A stretch of DNA of 64,000 nt from Bdellovibrionales bacterium (GTDB lineage: Bacteria; Bdellovibrionota; Bdellovibrionia; Bdellovibrionales; UBA1609), in contig JAWLHR010000001.1 in assembly GCA_041690295.1 (NCBI GenBank), positions 32,001 through 96,000 of the forward strand. The letters are read 5' to 3'. Positions within the stretch are counted from its first letter, which is position 1. Every line of letters starts with the position of its first letter. This document shows positions 8,752 to 19,251 of this stretch, one piece after another. The notes below the pieces were generated by a model that did no database searches, was not told the origin of the DNA, and saw nothing but the letters and a program-made list of their open reading frames with translations. A program made the translations under genes and the position numbers.

Positions 8752-10959
8752 ATGAAACGCTCAACTCAGATTTTAATCGTCGGTGCCTGCGCCTTCGCGG
8801 TCCTGGCCATCTCCGTCGGCGTCTTCGTCACCAACTCCTTACAGGCCAAAATCAACAAACGGATGGAAAAGGGTTGGGTTCTTCCGCCTTTGGAACTTTA
8901 CTCCCAAGGCATCGCGCTGGCCACCAGTCGGCGCATGCCCCTCGACACCATTCTAAGCACCTTGGAACGCAAGGGATTAAATCAGGATCGGGATTATTTT
9001 CTCCGTGAGGGCGCGGACAACTGCCGCGAACTGGCCCGCGTCTCCCTTAATGAAAACGCGGATCGCTGTCTGCTCATTCGCTCTCCCGCGACCCTGATCA
9101 CTTGGGATGCGGAGGGTTGGATTCTGGATATCTGGCGAGGGGATCCTTGGTCGCAGGTCACCAGCTTGAATCTGTTCCCCGAACTGATCACCCAGTTTTA
9201 CGACGGGCAGCCGATCCTGCAGCGAAACGCGCCGTTAAGTGAAATCCCGTTGGCTTGCAAGCAGGCGGTTCTGGCGATCGAGGATAAAGATTTTCTTGAA
9301 CATAAAGGCGTCAGCGCCAGTGGCATCCTGAGAGCCATGGTTCGCAACCTTAAAGCCGGCCGCTTCGCCGAGGGCGGAAGCACCATCACCCAACAGCTGG
9401 TGAAAAACTTCTTTCTCACCAGCAAAAAAACTCTCCGGCGCAAAGTCGAAGAACAGCTTCTGGCCCTGCTCCTTGAATCGCAAAAAGACAAGGACACGAT
9501 TCTCGAAATGTACCTGAATGTGATTTACATGGGGCAAAGCGGCCCCTATCAGGTGCGCGGATTCGGCAGCGCCGCCCACACCTATTTTGACAAGACGGTT
9601 TCGCAATTGAACTTGGCGGAATGCGCGCTGTTGGCCGCGATCATCAACAGCCCGGGACGTTACTCGCCTTTCGATAAACCCGATGCCGCCTCCGCGCGAC
9701 GTGAACTTGTTTTTCGCAAAATGCTCGAATTGGAAATGGTGAATGAAGATGAAGTGGCTTCGGCGCGGAAAGTGGCCCTTCCCAAAAAAGCTCCGGCGGA
9801 CCGACGCACGCACGCTCCCTATTTCGTCATGAGCGCCTTGCGCGAATTTGAAAGCTGGGACATTGACTATGAGAACGGCGCGCGACTCTACACCACGCTG
9901 GATCCGCACGTTCAATCGCGCACTCTCAGAGCAATCAATAAGACTCTCCCCGAGGTCGAGAAGCGAATCAAAAACCCGCCAAACCAGCCGTTACAAGTGG
10001 CGGCCATCGTGGCGGATATTGAATCCGCCGAAGTTCTCGCCCTGGTGGGTGGTCGCGATTATCGCCACACACAATTCAACCGCGCGATCGACAGCCGGAG
10101 ACAAATCGGATCGGTTGTGAAACCTTTCGTGTTTTACCCGGCTTTGAAAAACGGCACTCCGTTGGACCCGGTTCATGATGATCCGTTTGAGTGGAAAGTC
10201 GGCCGTCAGGTTTGGAAGCCCAAAAATTACGATGGAAAAGGTTGGGGCCGCGTTCCCCTGTTTTGGGCGCTCGCCCAATCGTTGAATCTCGCCACCGCAC
10301 GACTCGGGCAACAGGTGGGACTTGATCAAGTCAGCGAGACTTTGGAGTCCTCGGGCCTCACCGGAAAAATCCCCGATCTCCCGTCGGTGACCTTGGGGGC
10401 GCTGGAACTTTCCCCCATGGAAGTGGCGCAGTCTTACTTAACTCTCGCCCGAATGGGCCGGCTTGAAAAACTCCATCTGCTCACTCGCGCCGAAGACACG
10501 AACGGAGAGATTCTTTTTGAGTATCAACCTTCACATGAGCAGTCGCTCGATCCAGCGACAAGCGCGATGGTTGTGGGTGTTCTTCGTCAGGCCATCGAAA
10601 TGGGTACGGCACGGGCGGCCCGACTTTGGGGACTCAAGGGTGATTTCGCCGGAAAGACCGGAACAACCAGTGACACCAAGGACGCCTGGTTCGTTGGCTT
10701 CAACTCACGCCTGCTGGCCGTGGTTTGGGTCGGTTATGACGATAACACCGCCATGAATTTAACCGGTGCCAGCGCCGCCCTGCCTGTCTGGGTGGAAATC
10801 ATCAAGAACATCCAGGATCAATATCGAGCCACCGGATTCAATTGGCCCCCCGGAGTCAGTGTCCGCACGCTCAGCAAACCCGAACTGGCTCGGGAATATC
10901 CGCAGATCCCCAACTGGCCTGAAGAAATAGAATTGATTTTCGGTGACTGGGCCTCTTGA
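8752..10959 (+). CDS. Class A penicillin-binding protein (PBP1B-like transglycosylase/transpeptidase)
   Basis: TG motifs EDKDFLEH, GGSTITQQ, RKVEE, YLNVIY; TP motifs SVVK, SLN, KTGT; N-terminal TM. Confidence 0.93.
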   Translation: MKRSTQILIVGACAFAVLAISVGVFVTNSLQAKINKRMEKGWVLPPLELYSQGIALATSRRMPLDTILSTLERKGLNQDRDYFLREGADNCRELARVSLNENADRCLLIRSPATLITWDAEGWILDIWRGDPWSQVTSLNLFPELITQFYDGQPILQRNAPLSEIPLACKQAVLAIEDKDFLEHKGVSASGILRAMVRNLKAGRFAEGGSTITQQLVKNFFLTSKKTLRRKVEEQLLALLLESQKDKDTILEMYLNVIYMGQSGPYQVRGFGSAAHTYFDKTVSQLNLAECALLAAIINSPGRYSPFDKPDAASARRELVFRKMLELEMVNEDEVASARKVALPKKAPADRRTHAPYFVMSALREFESWDIDYENGARLYTTLDPHVQSRTLRAINKTLPEVEKRIKNPPNQPLQVAAIVADIESAEVLALVGGRDYRHTQFNRAIDSRRQIGSVVKPFVFYPALKNGTPLDPVHDDPFEWKVGRQVWKPKNYDGKGWGRVPLFWALAQSLNLATARLGQQVGLDQVSETLESSGLTGKIPDLPSVTLGALELSPMEVAQSYLTLARMGRLEKLHLLTRAEDTNGEILFEYQPSHEQSLDPATSAMVVGVLRQAIEMGTARAARLWGLKGDFAGKTGTTSDTKDAWFVGFNSRLLAVVWVGYDDNTAMNLTGASAALPVWVEIIKNIQDQYRATGFNWPPGVSVRTLSKPELAREYPQIPNWPEEIELIFGDWAS

Positions 10960-10992
10960 CAATAAAATTTATGGAACCTATAAGCACGCCTT

Positions 10993-11247
10993 GTGGAAAT
11001 TTGGTTTCGAGCCTTAATCCTAATATTTATTACATGGCTGACTCCCTCGCTGGCCATGGAGGTGGCGAGTCTCAGCCCTGACCGGTTTGAACGGAGCCCC
11101 ACTTCGGTTCAGGATTTATTCCCTAGTTTAGATACTTTATCTTGCACACCGAAATGCGATGGCCCACCTGAATGCGGCCATCACAAGACCATGACGGCCT
11201 GCCTGGAAGACGGCATGCTCGACGACTGTTTTTGGTCCTGTGAGTAG
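10993..11247 (+). CDS. Small secreted six-cysteine protein
   Basis: Signal peptide ending TPSLA; 6 Cys in the last 34 aa; upstream TTGACA-N17-TATAAG. Confidence 0.65.
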   Translation: MEIWFRALILIFITWLTPSLAMEVASLSPDRFERSPTSVQDLFPSLDTLSCTPKCDGPPECGHHKTMTACLEDGMLDDCFWSCE

Positions 11248-11362
11248 CTCAGACGCCGAAAATCGGCACGATCTCACCCTGTCCTATATTTAATTGGTCC
11301 CAAAACGGGCATGTTATTTGAATAATTTACAGCCGGCAGATGAGCCTGCCGGAGGAATTCCT

Positions 11363-12235
11363 ATGACCCAACGTAAACTCTTTGGCATCGGATCGATTAT
11401 CGTTCTGGCCGTAATTTTCTGCGTGATCGGCTGTGGCGACGGCCAACGAACCAATAAAACCCGGGTCCAAAAGATTCCCATCGGCAGCTCCGGCAGCAAA
11501 GATATCAAAGAAAAATCGAAAATCCTCGATCAGGTTGAACAACAAATCACGCAATTGGAAGAAGCCGGCCAAGCGGTCGCCCAGTTCGAAGATGGTGAAT
11601 ACAAACTCGAATCGATAACCACGCACTTTCGCTATATGGATAACAAAGACGTGTCCACCGCCGCGGGGATTCGCACGTCCAAAGTGGAATTCATCAATAA
11701 CGAACCCAAAATCCTGGATGCTCCCACCGAAGGCACCGGTCTTGTCGCCAATGACACGGACTCCGGCCAGCACTTTACAATTCCAGTGACTTTCACCGTC
11801 GTGAATGCCGCGGTCACCAACGCTCAAACCAAAGGATTTTTCACCAGCTTCCAAGCGCTTTCTTCGAAGCCGAAATTGAACGCGGAGTTCCGCGCCGATG
11901 GCGGTGAGTTCAGCATTCTCGATATTTACGGACAGAATGCTCCGCAACCCATCAAAGACGGCACGGTGGATATGCGTTTAATTAAACTCTCGCAAACCCA
12001 ATTTCGCATTCGCCTGATCTTTGATCGAACCGACAGTAATAATCAGAATCTCGCCTTTGGACGAACGGTGTTGTTGACCTATTCGCTGAAAGCCAATTCC
12101 GCGGCACCGGCGCCAGAAAACACAAACACCACACCCGAACCCACCGGCGAGCCCGCGACTTCCGAGACGCCGGCCAACGCCGCTGGTCTTCCCGAGTTTC
12201 AGCCCTTGTTCGGTGATCAGAATTCAGACAACTGA
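11363..12235 (+). CDS. Hypothetical lipoprotein
   Basis: GGAGG RBS; lipobox VIGC; Pro/Thr/Glu-rich tail. Confidence 0.75.
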   Translation: MTQRKLFGIGSIIVLAVIFCVIGCGDGQRTNKTRVQKIPIGSSGSKDIKEKSKILDQVEQQITQLEEAGQAVAQFEDGEYKLESITTHFRYMDNKDVSTAAGIRTSKVEFINNEPKILDAPTEGTGLVANDTDSGQHFTIPVTFTVVNAAVTNAQTKGFFTSFQALSSKPKLNAEFRADGGEFSILDIYGQNAPQPIKDGTVDMRLIKLSQTQFRIRLIFDRTDSNNQNLAFGRTVLLTYSLKANSAAPAPENTNTTPEPTGEPATSETPANAAGLPEFQPLFGDQNSDN

Positions 12236-12357
12236 TTCGGGTGTTTTCTTACCGGCGGAATCGTTGACATACGTGAAATTTATATAAGACGTGATTGGGC
12301 TCTTGGCAGACTGGTGTCACTCTGACACTTATAGATTGCAGCTGAGGGTCCTTGTGC

Positions 12358-12373
12358 TGGCGCCTTGATTGCT
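12358..12373 (+). promoter_or_regulatory. Sigma54 -24/-12 promoter of the CHASE2 kinase/response regulator operon
   Basis: TGGCGCCTTGATTGCT = GG-N10-GC; palindrome GTGTCA-CTC-TGACAC at 12314-12328 upstream. Confidence 0.7.
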
Positions 12374-12416
12374 TATCCCAATCAGTCAAGGAAGCCTCGG
12401 CTCAAGGAGTGAGCGG

Positions 12417-14351
12417 ATGTCGGTCACCTTTCATGAAAACCTGCAGAACCGTTGGCAACGGCTCCGGAGAAGCTGGCTGAAAAACCGATGGGTTCATCAC
12501 GGGTTACGGCTGGCTTTCGCCCTTCTCATCACGGTTCTGCTTTATCCGTTCAAACTGTATCAACTGGAAGCCGTCGCCTACGACTGGCGCATGCAACTGA
12601 GCCCTCGCCCGAAAGCCTCCGATCACATCGTACTTTTGCCGATTGAAGTCGAAACCATGCGCCGCTTGAAACGGGAGCCGGAAGCCTTGGATTGGGCCGT
12701 GGTGCTGCAGAAGCTGGCTCAGGCTCGGCCCGCCGCCGTGGTAACCTTTATTAATCCGTCGCAAATCCAAGGTTCCTATGACGAACTGTCAATGCTTTCG
12801 GATATCGCCGCCCGTTTACCGATTTACTTCGGTGAAAACGATCTTCCTAAAACCGGAAGCGCGGGACTGGATCCGCTCGCGGCGCCTTTTGAGAATCTCC
12901 CGGTTGAACCCGCGCCCAAAACCGCGGATCGCACCGTACTCGCCAAAGACGGTGTCACTCGCCGGTTGATTCTCACCTACGAAGATCAATTCACCCTGCT
13001 CCCGCGGCTGGCCCGGCAGTTCAACGGAATTGAATCGGTACTCGATTACGGCGGTACGTTTCAGTTTCTGGATTCAACCCAGTTGTTGATTCGCTTCCGG
13101 GCCAAAGGCAGTTACTCAACTTTGAAATTCATCGATGCGCTCGAGCAGCCGTTGGATCCGGAACTGGTCCGGAACAAAATCGTGATGATCGGCAAAGATA
13201 CGTTGGAAAACGGCGCCGATTACGGAACCACACCGCTTTCCAAGGAGTTGCTCGCGCTCAGCAATCTGGAAATTCACGCCAACTCGCTGGATACGTTGAT
13301 TCAAAATCAAGCGCCCCGCGTGGCTCCACCCTGGCTGAAACTCGTCTTCACGTTCCTGATCTCCCTATTGACCATATACATCGTCTTGTATGTTCGGCCG
13401 GGCAAGGGTCTCTTTCTTCTGGCGCTCACGGTTGGCGCTTACCTGCTCTTTGGCGTTCTCACTTTCGCCACGATGAGCTGGATGATTCCGGTGGCCCATC
13501 CGCTGGTGGCCGTGTTCATCTGTTATTACTTCGTCATTCCCTATCGTTTGATCATCGAGAACCGGAAGAGCTGGGAGTATTACCAGAAAAACCGGCTCCT
13601 TGAGCAGGTCGAGGAACTCAAGAGTAATTTCATGCGGATGATGTCGCATGATTTGAAAACCCCGCTCGCCCGGATCCAGGGCATGGTTGAAGTCATTCGC
13701 AAAAATGAATCGGCCTTGAGTTCCACTCAAAAAATGGCGCTTGAAACCATCGCTCAATCCAGTGATGAGCTGACGGAGTTCATTGGTTCGATTCTGTCGT
13801 TATCGCGAATTGAAAGCAAAGAGATGAAGCTGCATTTAAAGAGCCGGGATATCAATCAGCTGATCCGGCAAGCGGCCGCGAAGTTGGAGTTCATGGCGAA
13901 GAAGCGCCGGACCGAAGTGGTTTTGGAACTTGAACCGCTTTTCAGTATTCCGATCGACCCGGATCTGATCACCACGGTTTTCACCAATTTGATCGAAAAT
14001 GCCATTAAATATTCCCCCGAGGACACCAAGGTCCTGGTCACGACCGAGGAGATCGATGGTGAAGTGATCATCCAGGTGGCCGATCAGGGTCACGGCATTC
14101 CGGCCGAAGAGATCGATCGGATTTTCGAGCGATTTTACCGCGCGCGGGATAATCGCGGTAAGACCGCCGGCAATGGGCTCGGGCTCTACCTGGCCAAATA
14201 CTTCGTGGAACTTCACAACGGGCGCATCGAGGTGGAAAGTGAGATCAACAAAGGATCCACATTCACGGTTCGGCTGCCCATGAACTTGAGCAAAGAAACG
14301 GACTTAAAAGGATTCAACGAACAACTGGAACGAGGAGAGATCCATGCATAA
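12417..14351 (+). CDS. CHASE2-domain sensor histidine kinase
   Basis: DGVTRR and EIHANSLDT (CHASE2-like), 3 TMs, H-box SHDLKTPL, NLIENAIKY, DQGHGI, GNGLGL; AAGGAG RBS before 12417. Confidence 0.9.
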   Translation: MSVTFHENLQNRWQRLRRSWLKNRWVHHGLRLAFALLITVLLYPFKLYQLEAVAYDWRMQLSPRPKASDHIVLLPIEVETMRRLKREPEALDWAVVLQKLAQARPAAVVTFINPSQIQGSYDELSMLSDIAARLPIYFGENDLPKTGSAGLDPLAAPFENLPVEPAPKTADRTVLAKDGVTRRLILTYEDQFTLLPRLARQFNGIESVLDYGGTFQFLDSTQLLIRFRAKGSYSTLKFIDALEQPLDPELVRNKIVMIGKDTLENGADYGTTPLSKELLALSNLEIHANSLDTLIQNQAPRVAPPWLKLVFTFLISLLTIYIVLYVRPGKGLFLLALTVGAYLLFGVLTFATMSWMIPVAHPLVAVFICYYFVIPYRLIIENRKSWEYYQKNRLLEQVEELKSNFMRMMSHDLKTPLARIQGMVEVIRKNESALSSTQKMALETIAQSSDELTEFIGSILSLSRIESKEMKLHLKSRDINQLIRQAAAKLEFMAKKRRTEVVLELEPLFSIPIDPDLITTVFTNLIENAIKYSPEDTKVLVTTEEIDGEVIIQVADQGHGIPAEEIDRIFERFYRARDNRGKTAGNGLGLYLAKYFVELHNGRIEVESEINKGSTFTVRLPMNLSKETDLKGFNEQLERGEIHA

Positions 14352-15825
14352 GGTTTTAGTTTGTGATGACGACGCGGGACTTCGCCTGAGTGTCGCTTCG
14401 GCCCTGGCCGCCACCGGCCGCTTCGAGGTCGATGAAGCGTTCGACGGCGTGAACGCCATCGAAAAAATCAAAAGCAAGACCTATAATATGGTTCTTCTCG
14501 ATGTCGATATGCCACGCATGTCGGGAATGGAAGCCCTTAAAATCATCAAGGATCATGATCCGTCGATCATCGTGCTGATCCTCACCGCTTACGCCAACAT
14601 CGACGACGCCGTTCGCGCGGTGAAAGAAGGCGCCTATAACTACGTTTCGAAACCCATTAAAAGCGAGGATCTGGTCGGCGTGGTGGATCGCGCGATCAAT
14701 GCTTACAGTTTGATATCGCAGGCCACGGCGTCGTTCTCGCTGCAACTCGAAGCGGGCCGCGAAATCATCGGGCAAACCTCCCAAATGAAGAAAGTCTTCA
14801 GCGTGATCATGCGCTTAAGCAAAGTGGACACGCCGGTTTTGATCCGCGGCGCTTCCGGAACAGGTAAGGAACTGGTGGCGCGCGCCATTCACTCCAACTC
14901 TTCGTTCAAAGACGGTAAATTCGTGGCCCTTAACTGCTCCGCCATTCCCGAAAATCTTTTCGAAAGTGAATTGTTCGGACATGAAAAAGGCGCCTTCACC
15001 GGCGCCGATCAAAGAAAGATCGGTAAGTTTCAATACGCTGAAGGTGGCACACTCTTTCTCGATGAGATCGGTGATTTGCCCCTTTTGATGCAGGTTAAAC
15101 TTCTGCGGGTCTTGCAGGAAAAGGTCTTCACGCCGATCGGCTCGAATCGCGAGATCGAGTCCAATGTTCGGATCATCGCCGCCACCAACCGGCCGCTGGA
15201 AGAAATGATCAAAAAAGGAACCTTCCGCGAAGACCTCTATTATCGTCTGAACGTGATGCCGATTCACCTGCCCTCGCTGGCCGAACGGCGAAGCGACATC
15301 GATCACCTCGTGGGCCTGTTCATTCAGAAATTCAACCGCGCCCAGGGAAAGAAAATCATCGGCGTCGCCCCCGAAGCCTTGAATGTGCTCAAGAAATACG
15401 ATTGGCCGGGAAATATCCGGGAGCTTGAAAACATCATCGAACACGCCTTCATTCTCGAAGAAAGCAACATGTTGCAGGTCAGTTCGTTGCCGGAATCGAT
15501 TTTAACCGCGACGGGGACCGAATTATCCGCCGCGCAAATGCGAGCGCGGGAAGAACTCATGAAACAGGAAAACACGGCGGAGGAAACTGAACTTAAATCG
15601 GCGCCGGAACCTGAATCGAGTTCGGAAGATCTGATCAAGATCAGCGGTGATAATCTGGATTTCAATAAACACAAGGAAGCGTTCGAGCGGGAGTTTATCA
15701 TTAAAGCGCTGAAAATGTTCAAGGGCCGAATTAATCAAACGGCGTTGCACGCGAATATTCCGAAAAAAACGCTGTTGCGCAAAATTGAGAAGTACGGAAT
15801 CAATGCCCGCGATTACGCCGAGTAA
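14344..15825 (+). CDS. Sigma54-dependent response regulator (NtrC family)
   Basis: REC (DDD, DVDMP), GASGTGKE, GAFTGA, FLDEIG, WPGNIREL, Fis-type HTH. Confidence 0.95.
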   Translation: MHKVLVCDDDAGLRLSVASALAATGRFEVDEAFDGVNAIEKIKSKTYNMVLLDVDMPRMSGMEALKIIKDHDPSIIVLILTAYANIDDAVRAVKEGAYNYVSKPIKSEDLVGVVDRAINAYSLISQATASFSLQLEAGREIIGQTSQMKKVFSVIMRLSKVDTPVLIRGASGTGKELVARAIHSNSSFKDGKFVALNCSAIPENLFESELFGHEKGAFTGADQRKIGKFQYAEGGTLFLDEIGDLPLLMQVKLLRVLQEKVFTPIGSNREIESNVRIIAATNRPLEEMIKKGTFREDLYYRLNVMPIHLPSLAERRSDIDHLVGLFIQKFNRAQGKKIIGVAPEALNVLKKYDWPGNIRELENIIEHAFILEESNMLQVSSLPESILTATGTELSAAQMRAREELMKQENTAEETELKSAPEPESSSEDLIKISGDNLDFNKHKEAFEREFIIKALKMFKGRINQTALHANIPKKTLLRKIEKYGINARDYAE

Positions 15826-15968
15826 CTGTGGACAACTCTGTTGATATCCCGTGGATCCAATTGGGGCTTTCGGATCCGTCAAAGGATTTCTGATTCCGCG
15901 CCGGGAAATTCGCAATTTCGACAAAAAACATTGCGGATGCTGAAGAGGCTTTCTACGCTCTTTTGTCT

Positions 15969-16481
15969 ATGGCTGTTATCAACACGATTCCACCTCAAGC
16001 ATACACCCGGGACACCTTGGTGAAGGCCATCGAGTGGATGTCGACTCAGCCGCAGGCCCTAAGAGAAAGAGCGAACTCGGCTGACCTGATGGTCAGTTAC
16101 TATCTGCAAGCCTGCCGTAAGTCGGCGGCCAAGATGGAAGCACCGGTAAGCCAAGAAAACTTTAAAGCCGACCTTAAGCATCTGGTCGAAGATTTAAAGA
16201 AGTTCGACGAGCCTTCCGCCCCCCCAAACTATTCTCCGGGTCGCTCTTCCTCTTATGGTGCTGCCGCATCCATTGAACCTATTTTCGGTTCACCGGCCGC
16301 GACACCCCCGCCGCAGGCGCCTCAGGCGCAGAGAACTCAAGGGTTATCGTGGACCGTGGATGCGAAATCGCTGTTGGCGGCGAGGGAATTTCAAATCAAG
16401 CTCAACCTCAGCCACGAAAGCGAGGCTTTGCGCTTCCTGATCACGCTCGGCGCGGAGCGGGCTCGGCAGCTATTCCCTTGA
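15969..16481 (+). CDS. Hypothetical protein
   Basis: 170-aa ORF with two helical segments joined by a Pro/Ser/Ala linker; fills the gap before ileS. Confidence 0.75.
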   Translation: MAVINTIPPQAYTRDTLVKAIEWMSTQPQALRERANSADLMVSYYLQACRKSAAKMEAPVSQENFKADLKHLVEDLKKFDEPSAPPNYSPGRSSSYGAAASIEPIFGSPAATPPPQAPQAQRTQGLSWTVDAKSLLAAREFQIKLNLSHESEALRFLITLGAERARQLFP

Positions 16482-16512
16482 TTTCCTAAGAAAAATTTAG
16501 AATTGTGGCGGG

Positions 16513-19251
16513 ATGCAGGTTCTTCTCCCAAAAACCGATTTCCCGATGAAGGGCAATCTCGCCCAATCGGAACCCGCGCGAATTTCCCAGTGGTCAGACC
16601 GCCGCATCTACCAAAAAATGGTGGAGCGGTCCGCGCCGAAGGGCCTCTTTGTCATGCCGGATGGACCGCCTTACGCGAACGGAAACATCCATGTCGGCCA
16701 CGTACTGAATAAGGTCTTGAAAGACATCATTATCAAGTACCGGAACATGGCGGGGTGGAAAGCGGTGTTCATTCCCGGCTGGGATTGTCACGGTCTTCCC
16801 ATCGAACTCAACGTCACTAAAAAACTTGGACCCAAACGCAAAGAGATGTCGGACGCCGATGTTCGTAAACTCTGTCGTGAAGAGGCTTTGAGTTGGGTCG
16901 ACAAACAGCGCACGCAATTCAAACGATTGGGGGTTCTGGCGGATTGGGACAATCCCTATCTGACTTTGCACCCCGCTTATGAGGCGGACGAAATCCGGGT
17001 GATCGCCAAGATCAATGTCAACGGCATTTTCTTTCGCGGTGAAAAGCCGGTTTACTGGTGCCCCACTTTGCAAACCGCATTGGCCGCGGCGGAAGTGGAA
17101 TATCGCGATCACAAGAGCCTTTCAATTTATGTGAAGTTCCCGTTCAAGGAAAAAGTTGACGGCGTGAAACTGGATCCGACAAAGCCGGTTTCATTCCTGA
17201 TCTGGACGACCACGCCTTGGACCTTGCCGGCCAACTACGGCTTGTCACTGCATCCTCAGTTCTCCTACGGATTTTACGACACCGGTTCGGAAATTTTGAT
17301 TTTGGCGGAAGAGCTCAGCGAAGCCGTGGCCAAGGAAACGGGTTTGAAGCTGACGCTTGTGGGACGGAAGAAAGGTTCGGAGTTTGAGCGTAAGAACGCC
17401 CGCCATCCCTTCTTGGATCGCGACTCGCTCATTGTGTTGGGCGAGCATGTGACGGCGGATTCGGGATCGGGCGTGGTGCACACGGCGCCCGGACACGGTC
17501 TTGAAGACTACGTGGTGGGTTTAAAATACGATTTGCCCGTTCACTCGCCGGTGGATGAAGCCGGTCGCTTCACCGCCGACGTGCCGCTGTTTCAGGGTGA
17601 AAAAATCTGGGACGCCAATCCCAAGATCGTGGATTTGTTGAAAGACAAGGGAATGCTCGTGCACGTTTCGGAATTGGTGCACTCGTATCCACACAATCCG
17701 CGTTCGAAAACGCCGTTGATTTTCCGCGCGACTCCGCAATGGTTCATCCGACTGGATGATCCGAAATATAATTTACGCGGGAAGTGTCTCGACGCCGCTG
17801 AAAAACATATCCAATACGTCCCCAAATGGGGGGCGCAGCGCTTGCAATCGATGCTGAGTAATTCACCCGACTGGTGCTTGAGCCGTCAGCGCATTTGGGG
17901 CGTGCCGGTTCCCGTCTTTTATTGTGAAAAGTGCAAGTCGCCGCTGGTGGATTCAGAGGTCATGAACCGGTTGGCCGATGTCATGGAGAAATCCGGCGAA
18001 GGCATCGACGCCTATCACAGTCATCCGACGTCGGAGTTCACGGCCGGCAAGAAATGTTCGTCTTGCGGTCATGATAAGTTCACCACCGGACGGGATATTT
18101 TGGACGTTTGGTTTGACTCGGGCGTTTGCCACACGGCCGTGCAATCGCGACGTGAAGGAATGCGCTTTGAAGCGGACATTTACCTGGAAGGCTCCGATCA
18201 ACATCGCGGATGGTTTCAAACCAGTTTGGTTTCGGCCATGGCCAGCGAAGGCAAACCGCCTTTCAGAACATTGATCACCCATGGGTTTGTCACCGATGCT
18301 CAAGGCTACAAAATGTCCAAGAGCCTTGGTAACACGGTGGACCCCGCCGAAATCATCAAGGAAAGCGGCGCGGAGATTCTGAGGATCTGGGTTTCGCACG
18401 AGGATTACGGCCAGGATCTCACTATCAGCAAAGAGATGATCACGCGGATCACCGACACTTACCGGCGGTTCCGCAACACGATTCGTTTTCTTCTTGGAAA
18501 TTTGAATGATTTCGATCCGGCCAAGGACCAGGTGCCGGTGGCGCAAATGACGCCGCTGGATCGCTGGGCTTTACATGAATTGAACGAATTGATCCGTAAG
18601 TGCACGGCGGCCTATGAGGCGTACGAGTTCTATAAAGTGTATCACGGACTCAATATCTTTTTCGCCCACACGCTTTCGGCCACTTATTTGGATATTTTGA
18701 AAGATCGCCTTTACACCGGAAAAGCCAACGGCACCAAACGGCGGGGAGCGCAGACGGTTTTATATCATACGGTGCGCACCCTCTGTGGACTCATGGCGCC
18801 CATCGCCTCGTTCTTGGCCGAAGAGACCTACGGCTACATTCCGGGTGAAAAAGAGGAAAGCGTGTTCCTCACGGATTTTCCTGTGGCGCGCGCCGAATGG
18901 GATCATCCCGGAGTGGCGAGCGATTTCGGGATTCTCCTCGACATTCGTGCGGCCGTGAGCAAAGAGCTTGAGGAACTGCGAAGACGAAAAGAAATCGGCT
19001 CCAGCCTGGAGGCGAGGATTCACATCGCCGCGCCCGAAAACATGTGGAAAGTTCTTGAAGCCTATAAGAATGATTTGCGAGAATTCTTTATAGTGTCGCA
19101 ATTGGATTTCAGCGCGGGAGCGGAGTTGAAAGTCACGGCCGCGAAAGCGGAAGGCGTAAAATGCGAACGCTGTTGGTATTATGATAAGGAAACCGGAAAA
19201 GATCCGCGTTTCCCTGGCGTTTGTCCTAAATGCATTGAGGCTTTGACGTGA
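16513..19251 (+). CDS. ileS: Isoleucine--tRNA ligase
   Basis: DGPPYANG, HVGH (HIGH), GWDCHGLP, WTTTPWT, KMSKS, C-terminal CERCW...CPKC zinc finger. Confidence 0.98.
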   Translation: MQVLLPKTDFPMKGNLAQSEPARISQWSDRRIYQKMVERSAPKGLFVMPDGPPYANGNIHVGHVLNKVLKDIIIKYRNMAGWKAVFIPGWDCHGLPIELNVTKKLGPKRKEMSDADVRKLCREEALSWVDKQRTQFKRLGVLADWDNPYLTLHPAYEADEIRVIAKINVNGIFFRGEKPVYWCPTLQTALAAAEVEYRDHKSLSIYVKFPFKEKVDGVKLDPTKPVSFLIWTTTPWTLPANYGLSLHPQFSYGFYDTGSEILILAEELSEAVAKETGLKLTLVGRKKGSEFERKNARHPFLDRDSLIVLGEHVTADSGSGVVHTAPGHGLEDYVVGLKYDLPVHSPVDEAGRFTADVPLFQGEKIWDANPKIVDLLKDKGMLVHVSELVHSYPHNPRSKTPLIFRATPQWFIRLDDPKYNLRGKCLDAAEKHIQYVPKWGAQRLQSMLSNSPDWCLSRQRIWGVPVPVFYCEKCKSPLVDSEVMNRLADVMEKSGEGIDAYHSHPTSEFTAGKKCSSCGHDKFTTGRDILDVWFDSGVCHTAVQSRREGMRFEADIYLEGSDQHRGWFQTSLVSAMASEGKPPFRTLITHGFVTDAQGYKMSKSLGNTVDPAEIIKESGAEILRIWVSHEDYGQDLTISKEMITRITDTYRRFRNTIRFLLGNLNDFDPAKDQVPVAQMTPLDRWALHELNELIRKCTAAYEAYEFYKVYHGLNIFFAHTLSATYLDILKDRLYTGKANGTKRRGAQTVLYHTVRTLCGLMAPIASFLAEETYGYIPGEKEESVFLTDFPVARAEWDHPGVASDFGILLDIRAAVSKELEELRRRKEIGSSLEARIHIAAPENMWKVLEAYKNDLREFFIVSQLDFSAGAELKVTAAKAEGVKCERCWYYDKETGKDPRFPGVCPKCIEALT

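Noticed and set aside
15826..15860. DnaA-box-like TGTGGACAA (also weak boxes near 44952-44971) as oriC
   Set aside because: Isolated mismatched boxes, no cluster or AT-rich unwinding element, no dnaA/dnaN nearby.
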